Shown here one piece after another: positions 31,843-41,203 of a DNA stretch of 64,000 bases. This DNA is from an uncultured Candidatus Rokubacteria bacterium. Lineage in GTDB: Bacteria > Methylomirabilota > Methylomirabilia > Rokubacteriales > CSP1-6. Under the pieces are notes generated by a model that was given only the letters and a program-made list of their open reading frames with translations, was not told the origin of the DNA and searched no databases. Within the stretch, counting starts at the first letter, position 1. Each line of letters begins with the position of its first letter. The stretch is taken from NCBI GenBank assembly GCA_963762145.1, contig CAVXJS010000015.1, forward strand, positions 256,001-320,000, given 5' to 3'. The translations under genes and the position numbers were made by a program.

Positions 31843-33014
31843 ATGACCACCGTCAAGGATTCCATCTCGCAGGCCGTCGACCGCCTGGGCGACGAGCTCG
31901 AAGCCCTCTCCCGCCAGATCCACGATCATCCCGAGCTGGCCTATGAAGAGGTGAAGGCCTGCGGCTGGCTCAGCGACTTCCTCGCCAGCGCAGGGCTACA
32001 AGGTCGAGCGAGGCGTGGGCGGGGTGGAGACCGCGTTCCGCGCCACCATCGAGACCGGCGAGGGCCCGACCATCGCGATCCTGTGCGAGTACGACGCGCT
32101 GCCCGGGATCGGGCACGCGTGCGGGCACAACGTGATCGCCACCTCGGGCGCGGGGGCGGGCGCGGCGCTGGCCGCGGTGAAGACGCAGCTCCCCAAGGGG
32201 CGCATCCAGGTGATCGGCACGCCCGCCGAGGAGGGGGGCGGCGGCAAGGTGAAGCTGATCAAGGCCGGGGTCTTCAAGGACGTGGACTGCGCGATGATGA
32301 TCCACGGCTTCGACCGCACGATCCTGCACCAGGATCTCCTCGGGATCGCGCGCGGCGACCTTCGAGTTCACCGGCAAGGCCTCCCACGCCTCCGCGGATC
32401 CGTGGGAGGGCGTGAACGCCCTCGACGCGGTGATCGCCATGTACAACGCGGTCAGCATGCTCCGCCAGCAGGTGCGGCCGGACTGCCGGATCCACGGCAT
32501 CATCACCAACGGCGGGGCGGCCGCCAACATCATCCCCGAGTACGCGTCCGCCGTCTTCTACGTGCGGGCGCCCCGCATCGACACGATGTGGGATCTGTTC
32601 AAGCGCGTCTCGGCGGCCGCGGAGGGCGCGGCCCGGGCCACCGGCTGCACGCTCAAGATCACCCAGCACGACAGCGTCTACGAGCCGATGAAGCGAGCCG
32701 CGTGATGCTCGATCTCTTCGCGGCCAACATGAAGGGGGCGGGCCTCACCGAGGGCGCGGCGATCCCCGATCGCCTGGGCTCCTCCGACATCGGCAACGTG
32801 AGCCAGGTGATCCCGGCCATCCAGCCGATGGTGGCCATCGCCCCCACCGGCATGGCGATTCACACCCGCGAGTTCGCCGACGCGGCGGTGCAGCCGCTGG
32901 CCCGCGCAGGGCATGGTCGCGGCGGCCAAGACCATGGCCCTCACCACCTTCGACCTGCTCGCCGAGCCCGCCCGCGTCAAGGCCGCCAAGGACGAGTTCG
33001 CGAAGGGCAAATAG
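31843..33014 (+). CDS. M20 amidohydrolase (PM20D2/AbgB-like), copy 1 (frameshifted)
   Basis: IHDHPELAYEE, EYDALPGIGHACGHN, GTPAEEGGGGK, MIHG, GSSDIGNVS, HTREFA. Confidence 0.88.
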
Positions 33015-33016
33015 TC

Positions 33017-34213
33017 ATGACCGCCGAGAGCGTCCTGGAACAGGCGAAGAATCGGGTCGCGGAGACGGTCGACCGGCTCGCCGACGAGCTCGAGCGGATC
33101 AGCCTTCAGATCCACGGCAACCCCGAGCTGTGTTTCGAGGAGCACAAGGCCTCGGCGTGGCTCGCCGACTTCCTCGAGCAAGCAGGGCGCCGCGGTCGAG
33201 CGCGGCGTCGGCGGGCTGCCCACCGCGTTCCGCGCCACCATCCCGGCCACGGGCCCCGGTCCGACCGTGGCGATCATGGCCGAGTACGACGCGCTGCCGA
33301 ACATCGGCCACGCGTGCGGCCACAACGTGATCGCCACCGCGGGCACCGGCGCGGGCGCCGCCATCGCGGCCGCGCTCGACGCACCCTGCCCTTCCCCGGC
33401 CGCATCCAGGTGATCGGCACGCCCGCCGAGGAGGGCGGCGCGGGCAAGGTGCGGCTGATGGACGCGGGCGTCTTCCAGGACGTGGACGCGGCCATGATGA
33501 TCCACGGCCGCTGCGGCACTCAGGTCTGGCGGCCGAGCCTGGGCATCATCAAGGTCAAGTGCGAGTTCTTCGGCCGGGCTTCCCACGCCTCCTCCTGGCC
33601 CTGGCGAGGGGTGAACGCCCTCAACGCGATGATCCAGCTCTTCGTCTCGCTGGACAGCATGCGGCAGCAGCTCCGCCCCGACGCGCGCGTGCACGGCATC
33701 ATCACCAAGGGCGGCGACCAGGCGAATATCATCCCCGAGCACACCGCCTCGGAGTTCTACCTGCGCGCGCCCACCAAGGACTACTGCCGCGAGCTGCTGC
33801 GCCGCTTCGAGGCGTGCGCGGAGGGCGCGGCCACCGCCACCGGCTGCACCGTGAAGGTCACCGCGGACGCGATCATCCACGATCCGCTGAAGGCCAACTT
33901 CGCGATGGCCGAGCTCTTCGCCCGGAACCTGGAGCGGATCGACTTCCCGGTGGACCCGGACGACGGCGAGGCGGGGTACGGCTCGACCGACTGCGGCAAC
34001 GTCAGCCAGGCGCTGCCGACGATCCACCCCTACATCCGCATCTCCCCCGACGGGGTGCCCGGTCATTCGCGCGAGTTCGCGGAGTGGGCCAAGTCCCCGC
34101 TGGCGCGGACCGGCATGGTGGCGGCGGCGAAGGCGCTGGCGATGACCGCGCTCGACCTGCTGGCCGAGCCGCAGCAGCTCCGGAAGGCGAAGGAGGAGTT
34201 CGCGAAGGGCTAG
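33017..34213 (+). CDS. M20 amidohydrolase (PM20D2/AbgB-like), copy 2 (frameshifted)
   Basis: IHGNPELCFEE, EYDALPNIGHACGHN, GTPAEEGGAGK, MIHG, GSTDCGNVS, HSREFA. Confidence 0.88.
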   Translation: MTAESVLEQAKNRVAETVDRLADELERISLQIHGNPELCFEEHKASAWLADFLEQAGRRGRARRRRAAHRVPRHHPGHGPRSDRGDHGRVRRAAEHRPRVRPQRDRHRGHRRGRRHRGRARRTLPFPGRIQVIGTPAEEGGAGKVRLMDAGVFQDVDAAMMIHGRCGTQVWRPSLGIIKVKCEFFGRASHASSWPWRGVNALNAMIQLFVSLDSMRQQLRPDARVHGIITKGGDQANIIPEHTASEFYLRAPTKDYCRELLRRFEACAEGAATATGCTVKVTADAIIHDPLKANFAMAELFARNLERIDFPVDPDDGEAGYGSTDCGNVSQALPTIHPYIRISPDGVPGHSREFAEWAKSPLARTGMVAAAKALAMTALDLLAEPQQLRKAKEEFAKG

Positions 34214-34677
34214 TCGAGGCGGATCGAGAAGCCGGCCCGGAAGTCCGCGGAGTCCGGCTCACGCTGCAGCAGGCCGCGGCCGGCCCCCCCGTCGAGGCGG
34301 CCGCGCAGGAAGCGGTACTCCCCGTAAATCTGGGTGCGCCCCGAGATCGGCACCGACATTCCCGCGCCCAGCCGCACGTCGTCGAGTCCGTCGGTATCGC
34401 GCCGCAGGCCGGGCGGCAGCGACGCGGCCCACGGGGCGCCGAGCGCCGTGCTCGAGCCCAGCGAGACGTAGGGGCTCAGGAGCCCGTAGAGGACGTGGCC
34501 GTCCGTGGACAGGGGCAGGCGCACCGACGTCTCCCCCGGGGCATCGCTGATCGAGAGGCGCAGATCGGGGATGACGTGCAGGGCCGGCTCCGGCACATCC
34601 GTGGCCTGGGCCGCCCCCGCCCACATGGCGGCGGCCAGCACCAGCGCCCCGATTCCGGATCGTCCCCCGCGGCTCAT
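34210..34677 (-). CDS. Exported protein with outer-membrane beta-barrel-like C-terminus
   Basis: Signal peptide AQA; alternating strands LGAGMSVPI, IYGEYRF, FRAGFSIRL. Confidence 0.6.
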   Translation of the reverse strand: MSRGGRSGIGALVLAAAMWAGAAQATDVPEPALHVIPDLRLSISDAPGETSVRLPLSTDGHVLYGLLSPYVSLGSSTALGAPWAASLPPGLRRDTDGLDDVRLGAGMSVPISGRTQIYGEYRFLRGRLDGGAGRGLLQREPDSADFRAGFSIRLD

Positions 34678-34708
34678 ACCTTGAAGTCTACACGGAGCGC
34701 CGGGCCCG

Positions 34709-35278
34709 TCAATCCGTGGGGCCGCGCAGAACCCCTCTCGCCTGGCCGAGGTGATCGAGCTCGTGGAGCCGGAAGATGATGGCGCAGGCCTTCCAGTCGC
34801 ACTCCTCGACCCACTGCATCGGGGTCACGGTGCCGTCCGGCTGTCGCGTATTGATCACCATGATGATGGGCGCGCGAACCGGGGTCGGCCGGTCGGGCGC
34901 CTTCGCGAGCACGTCGAGCACGTCCGCGTGGATGCGACGGAGCTCGCCGCGCAGGTCGTCCCACCGTCGCGCGAAGGGATCGGCCGACTGGAGCCCGGCC
35001 GGGATGGGGCTCACCGGCGAGTGGCGGCTCTCGAGCAGCGCGCGCATCTCCTCGAGCGCGAGCGGATGGGTCGCCACCAGATGATCCAGGATCTCGTGCA
35101 CGCTCCACCCGCCGCCGCCGGGCGCGCGGCGGGCCCGGCTCTCGGTGACGCCACCGAGCAACCCCTCCACCGCGGCGAACGCGTCGGCGACTCGCTCGCG
35201 GATCTGGGCCACGGGCGCGTGGGTGCCCTTCTCGAGCAGGTAGGCCTTGGCCTTGGCGTGTTCGGGCGGCAGGGTCAT
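34709..35278 (-). CDS. DinB family protein
   Basis: WSVHEILDHL and HELDHLGQ metal-binding His motifs. Confidence 0.8.
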   Translation of the reverse strand: MTLPPEHAKAKAYLLEKGTHAPVAQIRERVADAFAAVEGLLGGVTESRARRAPGGGGWSVHEILDHLVATHPLALEEMRALLESRHSPVSPIPAGLQSADPFARRWDDLRGELRRIHADVLDVLAKAPDRPTPVRAPIIMVINTRQPDGTVTPMQWVEECDWKACAIIFRLHELDHLGQARGVLRGPTD

Positions 35279-35883
35279 GTCGGGTCTCCATGTTCCAGGT
35301 AGCGGAAGAGCACGACCTCGGCGGCCCGAGCCGCGCGCGGCAGCGTCATCAATCCGCGATCGAAGGTGAGCTGCAGCGAGAAGCCGTCCAGGACGGCCAG
35401 CACCACCACCGCGGCTTCCTCCACGTTGACCCGGCGAAACTCTCCGGCCGCGACACCGCGGGACAGGCCCCCGGCGATGAGCCGTCGCGCGCGCGCGTAC
35501 GCATCCCGGTTCACCGCGGCGAGCCGCCGCTCGTGGAAGGCCTCGCCCCAGAACTCGATGAACACGGTCCAGAAGTCCCGGTTGTCCACCGCGGTGCGCA
35601 GGCAGGCGCGAATGACCGCGCGCAGCCGCTCCCGCGCGGTCCGGGCCCCGCGCGACTCGGTGACCACGCGCCGGTCGAGGTCCCCGGTCACGCGGCGGGC
35701 CGCCGCGGCCAGCATCGCGGCCTTGTCGCGGAAGTAGTAGTGCAGGATGCCCTGGCTCACCGCGGCCTCGGCGGCCACGCGCTTCATGGTGAGGCCGGCG
35801 TATCCGTCGCGGGCGAGGCACCGGATGGTGGCGCGGACGATCTGCTCGCGCCGCACCGGGGCCATGCCGAGCTTGGGAGACAC
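35275..35883 (-). CDS. TetR family regulator (BetI-like)
   Basis: RREQIVRA...TMKRVAAEAAVSQGILHYYFRDK HTH. Confidence 0.9.
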   Translation of the reverse strand: MSPKLGMAPVRREQIVRATIRCLARDGYAGLTMKRVAAEAAVSQGILHYYFRDKAAMLAAAARRVTGDLDRRVVTESRGARTARERLRAVIRACLRTAVDNRDFWTVFIEFWGEAFHERRLAAVNRDAYARARRLIAGGLSRGVAAGEFRRVNVEEAAVVVLAVLDGFSLQLTFDRGLMTLPRAARAAEVVLFRYLEHGDPT

Positions 35884-35913
35884 GCCGCGCGCCGCTCCTC
35901 GTCCGTAGTCTTT

Positions 35914-35972
35914 ATTGGTCGGTCGACCAATTATGCGGATCGGAGTATGCGACGGCGGAGCGGCCGCGTCAA
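35914..35972 (-). promoter_or_regulatory. TetR operator palindrome and sigma70 promoter
   Basis: ATTGGTCG-GT-CGACCAAT (35914-35931) just downstream of TTGACG-17-CATACT. Confidence 0.7.
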
Positions 35973-35994
35973 GCGGCCGGGCGGGGAGCGGGGA

Positions 35995-36318
35995 CTACTG
36001 GTGCCAGGCGCCCTCGAAGTGGTGCTTGAACTCGTGCATCAGCACGTACGGGTCCGCGGTCGAGATGATCATCCGGTCCGCGGGCACGTAGCAGCCGTGG
36101 ATGCGGCCGGCGGGGGCCGATTGCGGGCTCCGGAGCCGGCAGATCATCTCCACCTCGGGCTGCGGGCGGATCACGACCGTCACCGGGCCAATCTGGTAGG
36201 GAGAGCCGCTCAGCTGGGTCTGCTCGGTACTGAGATAGGGGCCGTGGCTCGCGCACCCGGTGAAAGCCAGCGCCAGCCCGACTCCCGCGATCACCGCCCG
36301 GATCCGCTTGGCTGCCAT
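35995..36318 (-). CDS. Small lipoprotein with an HExxH motif
   Basis: MAAKRIRAVIAGVGLALAFTGC lipobox; GCY...LMHEFKHHFEGAWH. Confidence 0.7.
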   Translation of the reverse strand: MAAKRIRAVIAGVGLALAFTGCASHGPYLSTEQTQLSGSPYQIGPVTVVIRPQPEVEMICRLRSPQSAPAGRIHGCYVPADRMIISTADPYVLMHEFKHHFEGAWHQ

Positions 36319-36330
36319 GCCCCCTAGCAA

Positions 36331-36346
36331 GGCAACCCGGGTGCCA
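36331..36346 (-). promoter_or_regulatory. sigma54 promoter for the HExxH lipoprotein
   Basis: TGGCACCCGGGTTGCC (GG-N10-GC), 12 nt before ATG. Confidence 0.6.
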
Positions 36347-36569
36347 TGGACACGACCCGATCGAGCGCGACCCGACATCAGACTTTCCAGTACCTTGCAC
36401 AGCCCGCCTGCCTGGCGGATCGGGCCCGGCCTCTGGTGTCAGCCCCCCGAACATTGCGGCGACGCCATAGCGGTCCCTCCATCAGAATTTGTGGGTGCCC
36501 CCTCCAGGAGGGGAGCCTCGCTAGCCAGCCGGGGCCATACGATCGCAATGATTTCATCTGCTTGGCGAT

Positions 36570-36585
36570 CGGCACGGGCGTTGCT
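36570..36585 (+). promoter_or_regulatory. sigma54 promoter for the large FecR protein
   Basis: CGGCACGGGCGTTGCT (GG-N10-GC), 13 nt before ATG. Confidence 0.65.
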
Positions 36586-36598
36586 CTAAGAATGACGC

Positions 36599-39500
36599 AT
36601 GAGCACGATGCGGCGATGGGTCCTCTCGGTCAGCCTGGCGATCGTGGCCTTCCCCGGCCTTGGGATCGCCCAGGAGCCGGTCGGCGTGGTCACCACCCTG
36701 AACGGGCGGGCGACCCGGACGGCCAGCGCACCCGGTGAGACGGCCGCCCCGCTGCGGTTCAAGGACGGCGTCTTCGTCGCGGACACGATCCGGACGGCCG
36801 AGCGGTCGTTCGTTCGCATGCTGCTCGAGCGCAAGGCGGTCCTGACCGTGCGCGAGCTGTCGGTCCTGCGGATCACGGAAGACGCGACCCAGGCGGCGGT
36901 GGATCTCCAGGCCGGCGGCATCGCGTTCAGCGTCGCCCGCGCCCGCCTGCGACCGGGCGAGACGGTTCTGGTTCGCACGCCGAACGCGGTGGCCGCGGTG
37001 CGCGGCACCACGATCATCGTCGAGACGCAAGGCGCGGTCACGCACTTCCACGTCCTGACCGGCGCCCTCGACGTGGCCGCTCACGCCAGCCCGACGGCGT
37101 GGCACCGGCTCCAGGCGCCGGCCAGCCTGACCGTCACCGGGTCCGTGGTCGGCAACCCCCGCCGGCTCGACAACGCCACCCGCGACCGGCTCACCGTGGA
37201 CTACCTGAGCCTCCGGGTGTCCGAGCCGAGCGCGCCGGCGGAGATGGTGGCGCAGGAGCAGGCCAAGGCGGTGTTGCTGGCGCGGCTGATCGGTGGCGAC
37301 GGCACCGGCGGGGACCAGGTCGACATGCTCGCGACCGCCGACACGCCGGTCACGCAGGCCGCGGCCGGCATGCAGAGCCCGACGCAGGCGCCGGTGACGC
37401 CATCGGTCGTACCGGGCACTCCCGCCGGGACGCCCGCGACCCCGCCGGTGCCTCCCCCGCCGCCGATCCAGAGCTGGAACAACCAGACCGCCACCGTGAC
37501 GGGCGATCTCCTCAACGTGCCGGCCGCGACCATCAGCACGCTCGCGTCGAGCCTCGCGAGCGCGACCGGCAGCACGATCACCGTCACCAATGAAGTCGTG
37601 GACGTCACCGGCACCCTGACCGCCGGCGCGGCCAGCCCCTTCGTGGCGCTGCAGTCGAGCACGTTGGCCTCGCGTACGCTGGCCGCGGTCCAGACCGGCA
37701 CCCTGACGCTGTCCGGCAGCCCTCTCTTCGAGGCAGTGGGCGGCGGCGCCAGCACCACCGACGATCTCGTCCGGGTCAGCGGCGGCGGCCGCCTCACCGG
37801 CCCCGCGGGCGGCCCACTCCTGAGCTTGTCGGGCGCCACGCTCGGCGTCGGCAATGGGACCGGCGACCGGCTGCTGGAGCTGGCCGGGACGGGCTCTCGG
37901 CTCACGCTCGGAGGCGCGCTCCTCGACGCCACCGGCTCCACCGTGAGCCTCACCGGCACCTCCCTGATCGAGGTGATGACGGGCGCGGGACTGAATGTGG
38001 CCGGTGCGCCCCTGGTAAACCTGACGGGTGGCGCGCTGGTGCTGAATGGAGCGGCCACGGGCTTCCTGTTCAGCTCGGCGACCGCGTCCACGCTGGGCGG
38101 CGGCCTGCTCGCCACGAACGGCACCGCGATCAACGCGGGGATGGCCTCGCCCGGCAACCTTCTGAGCGTGTCCGGTCCGCTCACGAGCAGCGGCGCGACG
38201 CCGCTCCTCTCGCTGGCCGGCGGCGACGTGCGCGCGCGGAACCTGGGCGTGGTGTCGTCGGCGACGGGCGTGCTCACCCTGGGCGGCGCGTTCCTCGATC
38301 GGTCGGGCGCCGGCAACACGCTGCTCACGACCGACGATCTCCTGAACGTCTCGGCGGGCGGGCGCCTCGTGGCGGCCGGCGCCGACCCTCTCCTGCGCTT
38401 CACGGATACCATCGTCACGACGGGCAACGCCGCCGGCGACCAGCTCTTCCAGCTCACCGGCGCCGGATCGTCGGCGACGCTATCCGCCGGGCTGCTCGGG
38501 GCGTCGAATACCGCCTTCTCGCTGACCGGCTCGTCGCTGGTGGACGTCTCCACCGGCGCCGTCCTGACCGCGACCGGCACCGGCCCCCTCGCCGCGCTGT
38601 CGGGCGGCTCGCTCGCGCTCGGCAACGCGACCGGCTTCGCCATCAGCTCGACCGGAGCCAGCCAGATCGGGGGCAGCCTGCTGCGCACCACCAATACCGG
38701 CGTGACCACGACCGGCGACCTCGTCAGCGTCTCCGGCACGCTCACCGGCACCGGCACGGCCCCGCTGCTCGATCTCGATGGCGGCGCGGTGGCCGCGCGC
38801 AACGGCGTCCTGGTCTCCACCACGAACGGGCGGCTCAGCCTGAGCGGCCCCGCGCTCGCTCGCACGGGCGGCACCCTGACCACCACCGACGATCTCTTCA
38901 ACATCTCCGGCGGCGCCCGCCTCACGAGCGCGGGGACCGGCGCGCTGCTGGGCTTCTCGGGCGCCACCGTCAATGTCGGCAACGGCAGCGGCGACCAGCT
39001 CTTCGTGGTGACCGGGGCCGGATCGGCGGCGACACTGGCCGGCCCCCTGCTCGACGCCTCCGCGACCACCTTCACGCTCACCGGCTCGTCCCTCGTCGAG
39101 ATCTCGACCGGGGCGACGCTCACCGCCTCGAGCGCGGCGCCGCTGACCGCACTGTCGGGCGGCGCGCTGAACCTGGGCACCGCGACCGGCTTCCTCGTGA
39201 GCTCGGCCAGCCCGAGCACGGTCGGCGGCAGCCTGCTGCGCACCACCGGCGCGGACGTCGCCACCACCGGCAATCTCGTGACCGTGTCCGGATCGCTCAC
39301 CGACACCGGCACCACCGCGCTCCTCGATCTCACCGGCGGCGCGGTCTCGGCGCGCACCGGGCTCGCCCTGTCGTCGACCGCCGGCCAGCTCAGCCTGAAC
39401 GGGCCCGCGCTCGGCCGCACTGGCGGAACCCTGACCGTGACCGACGATCTCTTCAGCATCTCCGCGGGCGCGCGCCTGACGAGCACGGGAGCCGGCGCGC

Positions 39501-41176
39501 TGCTCGGAATCTCGGGGGCCACCGTCAACATCGGCAACGGCACCGGCGACCAGCTCTTCCAGCTCACCGGCGCCGGATCGTCGGCGACGCTGGCCGGCGG
39601 GCTGCTCGAGGCCTCGAATACCGCGTTCACCCTGACCGGCTCGTCCCTGATGGAGGTCTCCACCGCCGCGGTGCTCACCGCGAACGGCACCGGCCCCCTC
39701 GCCGCCGTGACGGACGGCTCGCTCGCGCTCGGCAATGCGACCGGCTTCGTCATCAGCTCGACCGGGGCCAGCCAGATCGGGGGCAGCCTGCTGCGCACCA
39801 CCAATACCGGCCTCACCACGACCGGCGACCTCGTCAGCGTCTCGGGCACGCTGACCGACACCGGGTCGGCCCCGCTGCTCGATCTCAACGGCGGCGCGGT
39901 GGCCGCACGCAGCGGCGTCCTGGTCTCCACCGCGAACGGCCGCCTCACCCTGAACGGCCCCGTGCTCAGCCGCACCGGGGGCACGTTGACCCTGACCGAC
40001 GATCTGCTCGGCATCACGTCGGGCGGCCGCCTCACCGACACCGGCACCGGCCCGCTGCTCGCCTTCTCCGCCGGCACGGTGAGCATCGGCAACGCGGCCG
40101 GCGATCAGCTCTTCGTGGTGAACGGCACGGGGTCGCAGGCCACGCTGGCCGGCCCGCTGCTGAGCGCCGCGGGCACCGCCCTCTCCCTCACCGGGACCGC
40201 GCTGGTGGAGGTGTCGACCAACGCGACGCTGACCGACGCGTCCGCCGCGCGGCTCGTCAGCCTCTCGGGCGGCTCGCTCACGCTCGGCGCGGCCGCCAAC
40301 GCCTTCCTGCTGAACACCACGGGCACCGCGACCCTCGCCGGCGGTCTTCTCGACGCCAGCGGCACCGACATCACCGCGGCGGGCGACTTCGTGCGGGCGC
40401 TGGGCGGCGGGCGCCTCGTGGTGATCGGGTCGAGCGCGCCGCTGCTCTCGCTCACCGGCGGCACTCACCAGTTCGGCGCGACCGGCAACATCTACCGCCT
40501 CTCCGGCACCGCCACCGCGATCGATCCGCTCAGCGGCCTGCTGCTGGGTACCGAGCAGCCGATCCAGGCCGCCGGCTCCCTGTACGAGTCGGTGGGCGCC
40601 ACCGCGACCACCCAGCGGGCGGTGCGTCTGGACGTGGCCCTGCTCCAGGCCAGCGCGCCGCTGCTGAGCCTGCGGAACAACGGCGCGGTGGCGGGCGGCC
40701 TCACCACCACGAGCAACGCGATCGACCTGACGTCCCGGGCCCGGCTGAACGCCACCGCGCCGATCATCGCGCTGGACGGCAGCCGCATCACGGTGACCAA
40801 CGCGTCGCTGGTCAACGTGGCGGGCGGCAGCTATCTCGGCGTGACCGGCAATCTCCTGAGCGTGGCCAACGGCAGCCAGATCTCGGTCACCGGCGGGACC
40901 CTGCTCTTCGCGGCGGGCGGCTCGGTGGTCAACATCAGCGGGGGGCTGCTCTCCTTCGGCGGAACCGGCAGCACGGTCACGGTGAGCAACGCGCTGTGCC
41001 CGTGCACGATCATCGGCGGGATCCCGGTGCGGCTCTCCGGAGGCGCGCTGGCCGCCAACATCTCCATCACGAACCCGATCAAGAACGCGACCGGCAACAC
41101 GGTGTCCATCGCGGCAGGCGCCGCGGCGGTCCGGGTGGACGGCGCGACCACCCGGGTCACGATCAGCGGCCAGTAA
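36599..41176 (+). CDS. 1525-aa exported protein: FecR domain, Pro-rich linker, Gly/Thr/Ser/Leu-rich repeats (predicted beta-solenoid)
   Basis: Signal peptide; VRTPNAVAAVRGT FecR signature; uninterrupted ORF with tandem 185-aa units. Confidence 0.85.
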   Translation: MSTMRRWVLSVSLAIVAFPGLGIAQEPVGVVTTLNGRATRTASAPGETAAPLRFKDGVFVADTIRTAERSFVRMLLERKAVLTVRELSVLRITEDATQAAVDLQAGGIAFSVARARLRPGETVLVRTPNAVAAVRGTTIIVETQGAVTHFHVLTGALDVAAHASPTAWHRLQAPASLTVTGSVVGNPRRLDNATRDRLTVDYLSLRVSEPSAPAEMVAQEQAKAVLLARLIGGDGTGGDQVDMLATADTPVTQAAAGMQSPTQAPVTPSVVPGTPAGTPATPPVPPPPPIQSWNNQTATVTGDLLNVPAATISTLASSLASATGSTITVTNEVVDVTGTLTAGAASPFVALQSSTLASRTLAAVQTGTLTLSGSPLFEAVGGGASTTDDLVRVSGGGRLTGPAGGPLLSLSGATLGVGNGTGDRLLELAGTGSRLTLGGALLDATGSTVSLTGTSLIEVMTGAGLNVAGAPLVNLTGGALVLNGAATGFLFSSATASTLGGGLLATNGTAINAGMASPGNLLSVSGPLTSSGATPLLSLAGGDVRARNLGVVSSATGVLTLGGAFLDRSGAGNTLLTTDDLLNVSAGGRLVAAGADPLLRFTDTIVTTGNAAGDQLFQLTGAGSSATLSAGLLGASNTAFSLTGSSLVDVSTGAVLTATGTGPLAALSGGSLALGNATGFAISSTGASQIGGSLLRTTNTGVTTTGDLVSVSGTLTGTGTAPLLDLDGGAVAARNGVLVSTTNGRLSLSGPALARTGGTLTTTDDLFNISGGARLTSAGTGALLGFSGATVNVGNGSGDQLFVVTGAGSAATLAGPLLDASATTFTLTGSSLVEISTGATLTASSAAPLTALSGGALNLGTATGFLVSSASPSTVGGSLLRTTGADVATTGNLVTVSGSLTDTGTTALLDLTGGAVSARTGLALSSTAGQLSLNGPALGRTGGTLTVTDDLFSISAGARLTSTGAGALLGISGATVNIGNGTGDQLFQLTGAGSSATLAGGLLEASNTAFTLTGSSLMEVSTAAVLTANGTGPLAAVTDGSLALGNATGFVISSTGASQIGGSLLRTTNTGLTTTGDLVSVSGTLTDTGSAPLLDLNGGAVAARSGVLVSTANGRLTLNGPVLSRTGGTLTLTDDLLGITSGGRLTDTGTGPLLAFSAGTVSIGNAAGDQLFVVNGTGSQATLAGPLLSAAGTALSLTGTALVEVSTNATLTDASAARLVSLSGGSLTLGAAANAFLLNTTGTATLAGGLLDASGTDITAAGDFVRALGGGRLVVIGSSAPLLSLTGGTHQFGATGNIYRLSGTATAIDPLSGLLLGTEQPIQAAGSLYESVGATATTQRAVRLDVALLQASAPLLSLRNNGAVAGGLTTTSNAIDLTSRARLNATAPIIALDGSRITVTNASLVNVAGGSYLGVTGNLLSVANGSQISVTGGTLLFAAGGSVVNISGGLLSFGGTGSTVTVSNALCPCTIIGGIPVRLSGGALAANISITNPIKNATGNTVSIAAGAAAVRVDGATTRVTISGQ
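37760..40400 (+). repeat. Intragenic tandem repeat, 555-nt (185-aa) unit, 4 full copies plus 1 partial
   Basis: DDL anchor codons at 37760, 38333, 38888, 39443, 39998 (spacings 573, 555, 555, 555). Confidence 0.85.
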
Positions 41177-41203
41177 GTCCCACGGCGGGGAACCTCCCGC
41201 CCG

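Noticed and set aside
37201-40468. Long antisense ORFs (963 aa and 662 aa) opposite the FecR protein
   Set aside because: Shadow ORFs expected from high GC3 and repetitive coding; no motifs. The same applies to most overlapping ORFs in the track.
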